A DNA stretch of 54,805 nt, counting the filler, from Asterionella formosa (taxonomy: Eukaryota), in assembly GCA_002256025.1 (NCBI GenBank). It is 4 parts of 4 records of this genome, joined end to end, with 100 filler letters (N's around TTAATTAATTAA, not from the genome) between each part and the next. Parts side by side here need not be neighbours in the genome. Positions count along the whole stretch, not along the records: positions 1 to 13,630 come from NKIB01006544.1; positions 13,731 to 27,359 come from NKIB01006553.1; 2 more parts are not named here. One strand, 5' to 3'. The position numbers were made by a program, and so were the translations under genes. Within the stretch, counting starts at the first letter, position 1; each line of letters starts with the position of its first letter. The notes under the pieces were generated by a model that saw only the letters and a program-made list of their open reading frames with translations, ran no database searches and was not told the DNA's origin. This document shows, one piece after another, positions 11,644 to 24,400 of this stretch.

Positions 11644-13560
11644 AGGCAATTCCCGCTCCAGCTATCGTCTTGCCTTTCAGGTACTTCTAAGTAATTTCTT
11701 AAGTAATTCCATTTAAGGGCAATATGGTGCACATCGAATTTTTCGGCAATAAAATTGCCGATTTTAGCATGACAACCAGAACAACGGTAATATGCATAGA
11801 GATGGTACAACAAGCGTAAAACACACGAGAATGATTGTAACATGCAACATCAATGAAAATTGAAAATGATGTTTGGAGTGACCAAAGTATGAAATTCGAT
11901 GTAATAAGTACCATCAAATGAGAAATAGAGAAAAAAATTTGGGTTAGAAATGAAATAAAAAAATAAGAGTTCCAATGGAGATGTATGCATTGTGAATCAT
12001 TGTAGTACTTACACAGGCAACATTGACTTTCCATCACCATACAATCGAAGACCGAAAGAAGAAGAAAAAAAGCTCAACCCAATGTAGACCTGCATCGTTA
12101 TTTAGCTTCAATGGTCTGCTGGTTGCTGCAACCGCCATGCACATCGCTGTAGTAGCCTGACACCAGTAGCAGTATTTCCGCCACAATCATTCCTCTCCGC
12201 CCACCAAACTGGCAACCCTGATCATTCCATTCTGAGCAAGCATGATTGCCATGCTGCTCCAGCACTAATGACTCTCTCTAGCTGAGTATTCATGTAGCTT
12301 CTGATACGATCTCGCAGTAAAATGTAGCAAAGCGCGTTAGTACAAGAAAAGCATTGCTTGGCGGCAATATTGACATCATTGTCAATGACTATGCAAATCA
12401 ACAACGGCACAATACCACATCTTTAATGAGTAGTCATTGATAAATGCATTGGTTCTTATGTAGAAATGTACAATCGAAACAAAACGACAGTGCGTAACGA
12501 CAAACAACGATGAAAGCGATCAAAAGAAACCCCGGAAGCAATCAAATCGGAAAGTCGGCCCGATAAGAAATACAATCTACAATCCACATTCAGTGTTTCA
12601 CTGTTGTACTTACCGATCTGCTTCAACTAGCATAACAAGCAGCAGACGATGGGATAAAAGAAAGACGAACGTTGCCTATTGCAAGCCCGAATAGAGCAAA
12701 GGCAGGCAAGATAGAGTGAGAACTATATTTGTGAGGACGAAATCGGGCAAACTGTACATAAAATCAATGAATATGTGAACGATATAATTCAACATTTCAG
12801 GTCTCGTAAAAATAATACCGAGTCTACAGAGATAATATTATTACGTGTTCAAAGTAAGCGTTGAAGCATAGCTTAAACCATGCATGGTTGTTTTTAGTAC
12901 CACGTACATATGTAGACTAGATGACTGCCGGTACCGGTAGAATATCCGTTAAGCATCATCACACCATGCATGACCGGAGTAAAAACTTGCCACCAACATC
13001 AGATGTATCGATATCATCGTTCGTCCGACGAAATATGGATGATGTTACTACATGAATGCCTCGAGAAGACAAGCAATCCAACAATCAACCGCATCCGTTA
13101 GGCAAAGAATCGCTACTGGCGTCATCGCGGAACTGATTTCGCTTCAAACCGGTCATGATGGACGATGATTGGCATGGTGAAAGGTGAATTGCCGGAGTCC
13201 ACTTTTCAGGAGACGAACGAAAACGAGGTGAATTCCAGATATAAATTATTAAAAAATCTGTATAGTATATAAAATAGTTTCCTTAAGTAGACCCCTTGCC
13301 GATTTCGGCAATCCCAGTGCTGGAAAACCGAGGGGCATTTGGCGTCTGTTGTCTTGCCAAAATGCGAAGATAGGAAATATACAAAATATGTTTTAATGAT
13401 GGGCAATATCGGACCTTTGGCAATTTCCGAGGTGAAGATAGGAAATATACAAAATATATTTAATATGATGGGCAATAGTAGGCTAAAATTGACATTTATG
13501 CTAAATTTGTGGGCAGTAGGTAAGCGAATGACGCGACGATAGCTAGAGCGGGAATTGCCT
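11644..13560. mobile_element. 1.9-kb non-autonomous TIR DNA transposon (possibly PIF/Harbinger-like)
   Basis: 26-bp inverted repeats with one mismatch: AGGCAATTCCCGCTCCAGCTATCGTC (11644-11669) and GACGATAGCTAGAGCGGGAATTGCCT (13535-13560). A 68-bp-period subterminal duplication lies at 13366-13476. No transposase ORF; target duplication unclear. Confidence 0.75.
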
Positions 13561-13630
13561 CAACAATACCCTTCTCGGCGGCTACTTGCCTTCTCGTATA
13601 CATGTGTACTCGACTGGGATGGCACTCATA

Positions 13631-13730
13631 NNNNNNNNNNNNNNNNNNNNNNNNNNNNNNNNNNNNNNNNNNNNTTAATTAATTAANNNNNNNNNNNNNN
13701 NNNNNNNNNNNNNNNNNNNNNNNNNNNNNN
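13631..13730. other. Artificial scaffold linker
   Basis: 44 N + TTAATTAATTAA (stops in all six frames) + 44 N. Confidence 0.97.
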
Positions 13731-14374
13731 ACCGCCCACTCACACACAGTGCATGCTTTGTACGTGCATCATGTTAGTTAACTAGTGCACTAGCTTTCAC
13801 TACGACAAAAAATGGTAGTATTGGGGGTAGAATTAATTGTCAATACTGGCACAGTATGTTGAACTTGGAGTGAAGTTTGATCATTTGAGGGGAGGGACTA
13901 CCGGACGAACGGCCTTTTTTTCTGGTAGCTGTTTTCTCGTGGCATTGTACATATGTAGTAGTTGTCCTGATGGAATCTGTGTTTCTGCACTTCGATGCAA
14001 ATTACGTAAGTATCATGTGTGTATGGGCAAATGTCAATAACCGGTAGGAACCAGCGTCACCAAGCAAAACGACAAGGACTTGGCTATGGTACATATGTGG
14101 TCTCTCACGATAGACCCCTGGTCTCCTGTTCTGCCTGGTACCAGGGTACCATACCATGTCCCTACCGGTGGGATACAGCACTTCGATCCAAATTATGGCT
14201 TGGAGCGCCCCCAAAGTACATCAGTTGAAGTGGCTGCCAGTGGACCCAATCGAGATTTTGCTTTTAATTTATAAATTTATAAACTTTGTCACAATGATGG
14301 AATTATCAAATGAATAAAACAGCATACAGTTTTTTTATGAATTATTTCATGTAAATTGAATTGTTTCATTGATT

Positions 14375-14735
14375 TGAACTCTCAGCAAACCCAAACCAAG
14401 TCTCGCTTTCAATTTGAATCATTAGCCTTCATCATGCATACAATCTTTGATTGTCCAACAAAATAAAGCAGTTTTCAATCAAGTTGACACAAATCTAATT
14501 ATTTTATTTGGTTCAACTCTCAGCAGACCCAAATCGATTTTTCCTTTCCATATGAATCATAAGTCTTCATCGCATAATAACAAACATTATGTATGCAATT
14601 TTCGAACTGGTTGACACAAACCTGACCGAATTGTTGGTTTAAGATTGAATGATCAGTGGATCCAAATGGAGTTTCTTTTTCCATGTACATTCTTCTCTTC
14701 TTTATCATGACAATGCTTTGTCAAACAAACCTCGA
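14375..14735. repeat. Three diverged tandem repeats of ~135 bp
   Basis: Units begin CTCAGCAAACCCAAA (~14381), CTCAGCAGACCCAAA (~14519) and ATCAGTGGATCCAAA (~14652). Each ends with an ACAAA(T/C)CT-like motif. Confidence 0.7.
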
Positions 14736-15159
14736 ACCACCTAGAATTGATTATTAAATAATCTGTATGCAAACGCCAAATCAATTATTGTTATAAACGA
14801 GGGTGAGACGAGAAGAATGAGATGAAGGAATTGGACAGTTAACAAGCCTCATAAGATCAATAGGAGTTTAAAAGGGTTTATTAAAAAGAAGTGAGTTATA
14901 AATTTAAGTAAAAAATATATTCTGCTTGAAGCAGACACATACTCATGTAAACAGTTAGACGATCAGTCACAGTTAGTATAACAGTGGTCGTACTAGTAGT
15001 CATGACCAATTCATAATATCCATCCCATCTCATAGATTGATGAGATAAGTAGAATAAAATTGATTGCTCCTGCAAAATGGGCATGGCTTGGCGATGGACA
15101 CTGTCAATGACTCCATAAACCATCATTGTTTTACAGTAAGTTTAGAACGCTGCATGTGG

Positions 15160-18100
15160 GAGAGCCTTAGGATAATGATCACTTACTAGATTCATAGTAA
15201 AAGAGATTCTGGTGAAGGTAACTCTTCCATGACGGACATACTATTGTATTTTTTGTGTTGTAGTGGCCATATGACACACATTGTGAGTCTTTTTACCTGT
15301 ATGAAAAAAATTGAGCTGCTGTAGGTATTATCCTCGCTTCTGTATAAGGAAGTGATGCATCATCCACATATACCGGTATGCGTAACCATAAAATCAATTT
15401 CGTCAATGTAGTTGCAGCATCCAATTCAGCCTCTGTGGTATTATATGAAGTAGGACTTTTTTATGACAAAGGGTAATCACAGCAGTGCCAGTAATGAGAA
15501 AAAATCCTCCAGAATATGCAAGGCGATCAAAAATCGCACCACCGAAATTCGCATTAGCATAAGCTTTAGTATTACTAGGACCTATACCAGAAAAATGTTT
15601 CTGATCACTTGTGGATTTTTTGATGATACTGATTTCAATGATATCACGAGTGTCTTTACAAAATGTTTGAGTGCTATCGAAGTCATGAGCTTCAACAATA
15701 ATATTAAATATTTAACTTCACTTATATTTAACGCTTCCTGGCGCTGCCAGCCCTGATGATCATGTACATATGTACTTACTTACCAATCTAGGATCATCCT
15801 AACAAACGTGGTGACTTCGGGCGCTGGTACCTGGTACTACGCGGGGATCAGTACCGGTTTTAATTGCTGTCCGTACAGTACAACGGGAGCCTTTCTTTTT
15901 TTAATTCATTAGCCGCACCCCCGGAACCCAAGGGAATACATGAAAAAGAAAGACAGGTGGAGAATGCAGAATCGAAACCGCCACCTATGAAGACATGCTA
16001 ATCAACTAAACAATACCCCTTCAAAAATGATTTGAGTGGGGTAACTGATCCATGGGACAGCTTGGGCTATTGATGATACCATAAATATCGGATGAGTAGA
16101 AATATTTTGTTAAATGCCAATGGCAGATCCGGATGGTATTGTAAATATTTCATAATTTTTAAAAGAGCTAATAAATGCAGGTCCCCAGGAGAATTTTGAT
16201 ATTGCGCCAGTCGTTGCACAGCAGTTTGAATATCAAGACGAGTCCATGACATAGATGTTGAAATTGTCCAAGTAAGGTTCTACCACACGCAAACCCATAT
16301 TTGGCCATAGCATGTTTGAGACCTTCTGAATCATAAGGAATGCATACGGCAAGAATTTCTTCATGTTTAATACCTGCTATCATGGGCACTTTGTTCATGG
16401 ATGAAAGAGTTTTTTGTGACTTTGAATCACCATACACATATGTTAAAACTTCATGCAACAGATGGGTTTGATAGATAATCATGCAGTTACGACTGATCAC
16501 AAAGCGTAGTCCAACAAAGAAATGAGACATCAGACGCATATTATGAACCTTTCCATGAGCTTCCACTGTCGTTACAATGAATTCATATGCTTGTATAGAT
16601 ACACAAGCAAATAATATTGCATCAGTTGCCCTGGCAATAATCACATGATATTTTCCAATCAAACCTTGATAGATTACATTTTTAGCTCTATTTCTGGTAA
16701 ATCCAATTTCGCCACAAATTACCATATCAACCTGTTCTACCCATTCGCGGGAGTCATCTTTACGACCATGTACATGAGCAAACGATTGGATTGGCGGAGT
16801 AGAATCTCAAGTTGGGCATATTCTTGTGAGTAGCATGCTTGAAAACATGATAAATATTCAGGAAAAGTTCGTAACGAAATGAGATTTCCGGCCATTTTTG
16901 GCGGAGCCGGTGTATTTAATCACCTCCTCAAGAATTCCCTGTAAATTTTTAAGAGAGAAAATTCAATTTCATCTGTTCAAACAATACATATGATGCTGTC
17001 ACTATCTCCACCAAACCATCCAAATCGTGATTACTAGTATTGTATTTATAATTTGTTTATTCTCTTTAAAGGGAGAAAAACCATCTGCCAATACACTTTC
17101 ATGAACAAGCGTCAAAGGACACCAACTGTCAAATAACGCCCTAAGCACCTTGTGTATCATTGGCAAGTTATCGAAAAGATGTGGAGCAAGAAATGACATC
17201 AGCAATACTAGATCTAATGTCAGTGACAATTTTTGGGAGATAAGAATTGAAGTAGGAGTAGGGCCTAGATATGTGTGTCACAAGTCATCAAAACCAACAA
17301 TAAATTTTCATGTTGTCGTCCGTGTTACAGCAATGGCAGGGAGGAACAACTCAATCTGGTTTTATATTGAATTTAATCAATAGTATAAAAATGATGCATC
17401 ATGTGATTCATTACAATGTCTCTTCTTAACAGGTCCCTATGTTATGTTGAACAGCATTCAGCTGGTTTGGAGCATCATTTCACCAACAGAGAAAGTAACC
17501 ACCAAAATGCCATGATGGTGCTCCAAAGCTGTACCAGGTGACATAGTACTAGTCAATGTGTGTATCGTAGTAGACATGATAGTGCCCAACTAGAAGAATT
17601 TGCAGCATTGCTTGTTCCAGCCAGCTATGGCCTGCTGCCATGATGCTAAGCTAGCTAACTGAGACAGAAAAAGAGTTAGTGCTAGGGTCATGAGTGGCAG
17701 GAAAACTTCTCAGTGAGGATGAATTACTTTGAGCACTGCCACTGCAAACAACAAAGGAATGGTTACCTCCACTACCTCAACCTCTATGTTGGCCAGCTGG
17801 GTGTTTGCATGTCCACTACTTCACAGGGTTTTGGTAACAATTTCCCCATGTATGTACTCCATCAGGAGTACTGGGCGAGGGTCACAATAATCCATGAAAG
17901 CTCGAGTAGTTGGTTGAACAGTCAGGATTCCTTGGTTCTTGATTAGTAGGATGAGGACCATGGAATGATGTGTGAACAACAACTGACTGAGTCCTATCAC
18001 GGAGGAAGCAAAGCATCCATTGATTGTGTTGAAAGCTGTCAATGAGTAATAATAAGCAGTTGTCAACAAGCCAGGGCACATGAGTATTCCTATGAAGGTG

Positions 18101-18181
18101 CATGCCGGTGTATGATAAACAGATCAGAGGGTATACCGGGAAATTGTATTCATATGTTGGAGTACTGGTATCATATTTCAT
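15160..18181 (-). mobile_element. Decayed Ty1/Copia LTR retrotransposon pol (RT and RNase H, upstream pol remnants)
   Basis: RT C-terminal motif WTRLDIQTAVQRLAQYQNSPGDLHLLALLKIMKYL (16067-16252) and a degenerate catalytic segment IIARATDAILF. RNase H reads KAYANANFGG..DRLAYSGG..GTAV..SYNTTEAELDAATTLTKLILWLR..SDHYPKALP (~15160-15570). Many stops and frameshifts; the 5' limit is approximate. Confidence 0.85.
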
Positions 18182-18217
18182 AGCTTATGCACTGAATCAG
18201 ATTGGTCCCTGGTACCA

Positions 18218-18321
18218 GGTACCAGCAAGTTGCGGTCATTTTGCTTAAATAAACAAATTAATATAGGATAAAGATAGCTAAAGTTTTAGTTTCAGCACAA
18301 TTACCGCAACTTGCAGGTACC
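18218..18321. mobile_element. 104-bp MITE
   Basis: ~32-bp imperfect TIRs, GGTACCAGCAAGTTGCGGTCATTTTGCTTAAA and TTTCAGCACAATTACCGCAACTTGCAGGTACC, around an AT-rich spacer. The same TIR occurs at 6451. Confidence 0.8.
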
Positions 18322-19312
18322 CCTGATACTACTCTTTTCTGATCTCCTATGTAATTATTATGTTTATTTACTCGGAGTATGAAAAACTTAAAATATATCC
18401 ATATCGATATTAGTGGCACCCACATGAAAGAGTTCGGATGTCTCCGTTATATACTGGGATGTGCCGTCATGGCCGACGTGCGTGTGCTGATCATTGCACG
18501 CATTGTTTCCTTGCAAGAATGAATGTTTCCCGTTGGCGAGGCGGCCCTACCCTGCATCGGGCGGCCTCGTTTCGACTGTTCCTGAAGTCAGCCAGTACAA
18601 AGAACTTCGTAGGATGTACGCTCGATCCAAATGGAAGTTGGCACCAATAGAAACTGTCAACCGCAAAGTAATAGTTTGAGTTTGTATTCTTGGCACTACA
18701 TACCGGTACCGACCCCTGCTGCAGAATAATAATGCTAACAGTCTATTCATTGCATTGTAGTACCGGTACTGGTACCAGGAATACTTGGTACGTACATAGA
18801 GTACCAGGTACCTGATACCATGACGCGTAATGGTCCAGCATTAAGAAGTACCAGCAAGTAGACAACAATCAGGTAGACTGTCAGTGCCAGGGTACCAGGT
18901 ACTCAAACATCATCGCAGTAATATACACCCCTCCAAACAGGAACATACATCGTTTCCATTTTCCCTCAATGCTTCGGTGAAGCTTCGTATCAACTGTTTC
19001 TTGCTCCAATTGTTGTGAGTTGTCGAGACTTGATCGACACCTAGTGTACGCCGACTGACGAATAAGGTTCTTGACTGCAAAGCTGGAGGAGGTGATTTAG
19101 CGCGAAGAAAGCAAAGTTTCGAAAGTTGCTCAAGCGCACGTTGATCTATCGTGCGAGCCGAAAGCAAAATAACTTTCGCCAAGGCTCCCGTCAAAGCGGC
19201 CCCCGCCAGAGAAGGCGGTGGCCGCTCCTCGGATTCGACCACGAAGGACTTGAATTCTGTAGAAGAAGCAGATAATAGCTTTTCTAGCCAAGTTTTTCAT
19301 TGGACAAAGAAA

Positions 19313-20799
19313 ATGGCTAACTGCACTGGTGCACTGCCCTCGAGCTTTCAAAGCAAGGATTCATCTAAACCTCCACGGAATCGAGGCTCCTACCGTCAAA
19401 TGGAAAATGATCCCTACAAAGTCCAAAAGAAAATGTCCAACAGCGACGAGTTCGACAATCACACCTTGGCCACTGCTTCTACTTCAGCAGCGACTTCGTC
19501 GTATTCCATGACTGATGATGTCTCGGAAGCGTCAGAACTCGGCATGGAAGTTACTATGTCCCTTCGTGACTTTGCCATTGAAGATGCCGTCAGTTCTACT
19601 CCATATGTTGGCCACTCATTCAAAGCTGGAAAAGAGACTTTCACTGTCGATACACGGTACTCCATGATCCGAACCATTGGTTCGGGCGCTTATGGTACCG
19701 TTGTCTCTGCCAGCGACTCAAAGAAGGATCGCAAGGTTGCCATTAAGATGATCCCTCGCGCATTCAATGACGAGATTGATGCCAAACGTATCCTAAGAGA
19801 GATCAAGTTGATGAAGCACTTCCAACATGAAAATATTGTTGGAATTTTGGACATGATGCCTCCTCAAGTCAATTTCGTTGAAGACTTTAACGATGTTTAC
19901 ATTGTTGGTGAGCTCATGGAAACTGATCTCCACCGAATTATATACTCGAAGCAACCATTGTCAATTGATCACGTTCAATACTTTGTCTACCAGATCTTGA
20001 GAGGAATGAAATACGTCCACTCTGCCAATGTTATTCACCGAGATCTGAAACCTTCAAACCTGCTGGTTAACGCCAACTGTGATCTGAAGATTTGTGATTT
20101 CGGTTTGGCAAGAGGAATCTATGATGACCATGATCAAGGACGAGATCAATCCGTGACATTGACCGAATACGTCGTCACTCGCTGGTACCGAGCCCCTGAA
20201 ATTATGTTGGCGTGTCATGAATATTCCAAGCCTGTTGACGTCTGGAGTATTGGATGCATATTCGCGGAGCTTATCTTGCGAAAGCCCTACTTCCCAGGAA
20301 ATGACTACATTGATCAGGTGAGAACAGTTGAGTTAAATGATCCCCCACTCTGTTGATGGGTCCTGCTAACAAGTTTTGTTTGTTGTAGCTTCAAATCATC
20401 TGCGATAAACTTGGAAATTTGCCAGAAGCGGACTTGGACTTCGTCAGTTCTGAGAAGGCAAAGCGCTTCCTAAGAAAACTACCTGATACTCCCCCTGTTT
20501 CCTTTCGGCAGCAGTTCCCAGGAACTCCTCGCGATGCTCTAGATCTTCTCCGTAAGATGCTACAAATTCATCCGAAAAAGCGTATCACTATTGAGGAAGC
20601 CTTAGCACATCCTTTCTTTGCTCAATTAAGCAGTCCCGGTGACGAGCCTGTTGCCGCACAATATTTCGATTTCAGCTTTGAAAATGAACATCTATACAGA
20701 ACCCGATTGAAGGAGTTGATCTGGAAGGAGTGCGGTGACTTCCGACCATCCTGCATGCCCATCGCCCCTCGCCACGAGCACTGTACTCATGAAGCTTGA
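19313..20799 (+). CDS. Mitogen-activated protein kinase (ERK-type, TEY), 2 exons
   Basis: [44 protein letters not shown]. Exons 19313-20317 and 20389-20799; a 71-bp GT-AG intron joins DYIDQ to LQIICDKLG in frame. The start is uncertain because the frame is open from 19151. Confidence 0.95.
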
Positions 20800-21491
20800 G
20801 TGCAAATATATTATATTCTTTCTTCGTATGCATAGCCCAATTTTCTAATCAGTGAGTTAATTTGACGATCGGAAATGACGGGCAGCAGTGCTGAACTTTG
20901 TAACGGTTTTTGATTTTGGCGTAGCTCTCGTTAGTAGGATAGTCGATTTTTGTTAGGTTAAGAGTTCGACAAAGATTATGCAAGCGGTATTCAATGATCC
21001 TAGCAGGGTATCCTGCTCCTTTTTGCACACGTGGTGGCAAAACGCAAAATGGCAATGCTTGTTGAAAAGGATTTGTACGTCGCAAGTGATAATATGCACT
21101 GTTTTTAATGCCGATAGAGAGGAATAAACAAAACAAACATTTGCTGATAGGAAAGCACGCAAAGAACCTATTTCTTGCTTGCTCAGCAGTGCTGATTTTC
21201 AATCCAAGACTCATCTGATGTCATTTCACATCTCGCCAGCCAAACCTATTTCTGCTAGTGTCTTGTCCCAATATTTCGTGCTTCCATTCAATGTAAAGGT
21301 TGACTCGTTATAGCAGAACCGATCACCAGATAGAGACTGCACTTCTTCTAAGCATTGATGACTACGTACACTAACAACGCTCAAAACGTTTTCTTTCAAA
21401 TTTTTGATGGAGTTGCTTTGTATGTACCAGGTTGTTTACTCACTTATATTCTAAAGCACATGTGCCTTGATGCCGATATTGGTCCCTTATC

Positions 21492-24400
21492 TCAGATCTT
21501 AACAATCTCCGCCTTGACAGGTAGAACAGTCTCATCCACCGCAACTACTTCAGTAGACGTCAACGTAAAATCAGATAAACTGACAGCATCAAATGATGAT
21601 GACGCTTCACCCATAAAGGAAATATGTTCTTCCTCGTTGTTGGCTAGTGGAACCTTTGCCGTTCCTTCATCTTGCTTTCTCAAGTTGATGACATGTTGCA
21701 TCGCGCTTGATCGCATCTGGGTAATGTTGATATTGAGACTAGTGAGACGACTTGACTTTTGTTCGCCAAGCATTTGTGCATCTACAATATTGCTGCTGGT
21801 GGGTTTGGAGAATCGGGCAAACGGGTTCCTCTTTAACACATCCGGTAGCTTCGGGGGTGCGATGGTCGCATTGTCGACACCTAGGTTGACAAGCTTCAGA
21901 CTTTCATTCACTTGCTCCACTCTCTTGTTGATGGACGCCCCGAGGCCGGCAAAACGATTCTTCGTGGGAAGTCCCTCCAGCTCGGGATGGACCTTTTGAT
22001 TGTCCGTGGGCAACGAGTTGGCGGCTGGGGAAATGTGAGAAAACGAACCCGTGAACACAGAAACGATTGGTGTTATTTCAGGAGGGGCATTCGATTTTGT
22101 GGAAGTGTCAGCTGTCGTACCTGTGGATTCAGATCCATCGTGGTACAATCCGAGATCGACAATCTCTTCCATAGATTCGCTCTTGGGTGAAACGCCCCGT
22201 TTCCCGCCACCAAATGGGATCCGGAAGCGAGGAATCTCTACTTTTGCCGAAGGCTTCGCCTCAGCATCTTTTGCTATTTCCTGAAGAGGCTTTGGGACTT
22301 CGCTTCGCAGCTTGGAAACTTGTTTGCCAAGACCTACAAATGCATTCATGACACGAGATTGTTCGTAGCTTGCCGAATTTCGTATTCCTGTCTCAGTTAA
22401 TATCTCGCACTCTGCGCCTTTATCGTCAGACTGAACTATATTTACCGATAGAGATCCTTCGGTCGGTTTCGCCGATTCACCAAACTTTCGCATCTCTGCA
22501 AGTTTGTTGCCCATGCCGGCAAAAGGATTCTTGATAGCACGAGTTTCCATATTTCCTCCAAATGTAGCAATAGTTTCCTCGCTCGTGCTCGTGCCGATTG
22601 GATTCTTAAATCGAGACTCAACACTTTCCGAATTGCTATGAAACGCATCGGTGTCCGGTCGAGAAAAAAACTTTTTGACCGACTCTTGAACATTTTGCGG
22701 ACCTTCACTAGATGTTTCCGATTCTTTCGACGCATTTTCGAATCGTCGCTGGTACAAAGTAATCGAAGCCATGGAACTTTCAAACATATTTTGAATTGCC
22801 CGCTGGGTTCGCACCTGTTGGGCGGCATGTTGGTCTTGATGCTGCCTTTCCAGTCGACCAAAAAGAGAGAGTTCTCCATCATAATCGACCAATACAGAGT
22901 CTGCGTAGAGATGATGGGAGGGACCCTCACGAAGGAGCCAGGCATGTGCGGCAGCAAAACCTCCATCTAGGATAGAAACAAAAGGGAACCCTTTCTTCAC
23001 AAAAAAGAGGGCACAAAGACTCGTTCTGGAATCGTCTTCGCTCATCAGATGTTGCAAATTTGGATTCGGATGAATTCCATAGAGTGTAGGAACAGCGGAA
23101 AATCCTTCGCCCATAACAACAATGTGCACTGCTCCACGAAGGGACTCAAACATATCATCCAAATGACGAATACGATCAGGGTCCATCAAAGCTTCTGGGC
23201 TCATGGAAAGTGCAGTAGGGAAGCGACCTTCCTCCTGGACAGTAACTTCTGCGCGACTATCAACAAGATAAAACTTCAATGCCGATTGTTCATTTGTATG
23301 TCTAGGAAATCCTGAATTGGCGGGTGACGATTCCCTAGTCCAACAAAGGATCGGCAGAACCTCCGTCGACGAAACGGTCACTGTCACAGCATTCTTCATT
23401 TCAAGATTATCCAGCACAGCACGATCCTTCTTTTTTGTATCTTCGATTGATTGCTTTCGACGGTTGAAGCCTTGGTTCATGGTGGACAAAAGTTTGGATG
23501 TACTCTTTGACATAGGACGAGTTGGAGCTGGCCTCAGAACTGGATTGAAGCCATGACCATACTTAACCGTCAGTTTGGCGTCCAACACATCCAAACGGTC
23601 TTCGTAAGTCTTCATAATAATATCAATGTTGGACTCTTTTTCTGGATTGCACTTTCGGTAGTACGAGAGCAAACGTGCTCTGTTTGTTCGCTCACGGCTC
23701 TCGTCGGCCTTTGTGGCTCGCTCTTTTTCCTGGGTTTCGCGATGAAGTTGAGCTTCTTCGTCCAACATGGCTTGTGCCCGCTCTTCCACGAATCTCTGAC
23801 GTGCTGTCAAGGCACCAGCGACAGCATTGTCTTCAGCTCTGCGCAATCGGCTTACCACACTACGAGGGGTGTCTTTCCATAAACTCCGCGCACGCTCGCA
23901 CCATTCCGCCACCCAATCGCCAGCTTCGTCTGCTGATGTATCTTCGTCACCTGCAATGTCAAAGCCTTCAGGAGTGGTATCTTCCTTGAACTCCATAATG
24001 CGATGAAGTTCCTTCAAAAGTTCGCTGTCTGTCAACATAAGGAGAGCATCTGCGTGCTTCTCCAGCAAAGCAAGCGAGAGGAAGAACCGAAGCGAGTTAT
24101 TCGACGACGTCAGAATAAGGTCCCAAAGAGATAGCAACCACATTGGGTTCATTAACGTTCCTTTGCATTCACCCGCCAAATGAGAAATCAACCAAGATTG
24201 TGGAACAACGCCTTGGTTTTCCAAATTGCGACCCTTTTGTGTAGCGCTTTCCTCTTGTGAGCAATCCGCCTCTTCATCGTTCAGTCGTTTTGGCCAGTAC
24301 CAGCCAGGAGCGTAGCGATCTAAATGAAAGACCAACAAGGGAAGATGGTAGCAAGCCAAGAGATAGAAATGAGAATGAAGGGACTTGGCAGATTCGAGTC

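Noticed and set aside
13675..13686. TTAATTAATTAA palindrome repeated at ~13.7-kb spacing
   Set aside because: It is an artificial six-frame-stop spacer embedded in N runs, also at 27404-27415 and 41129-41140.
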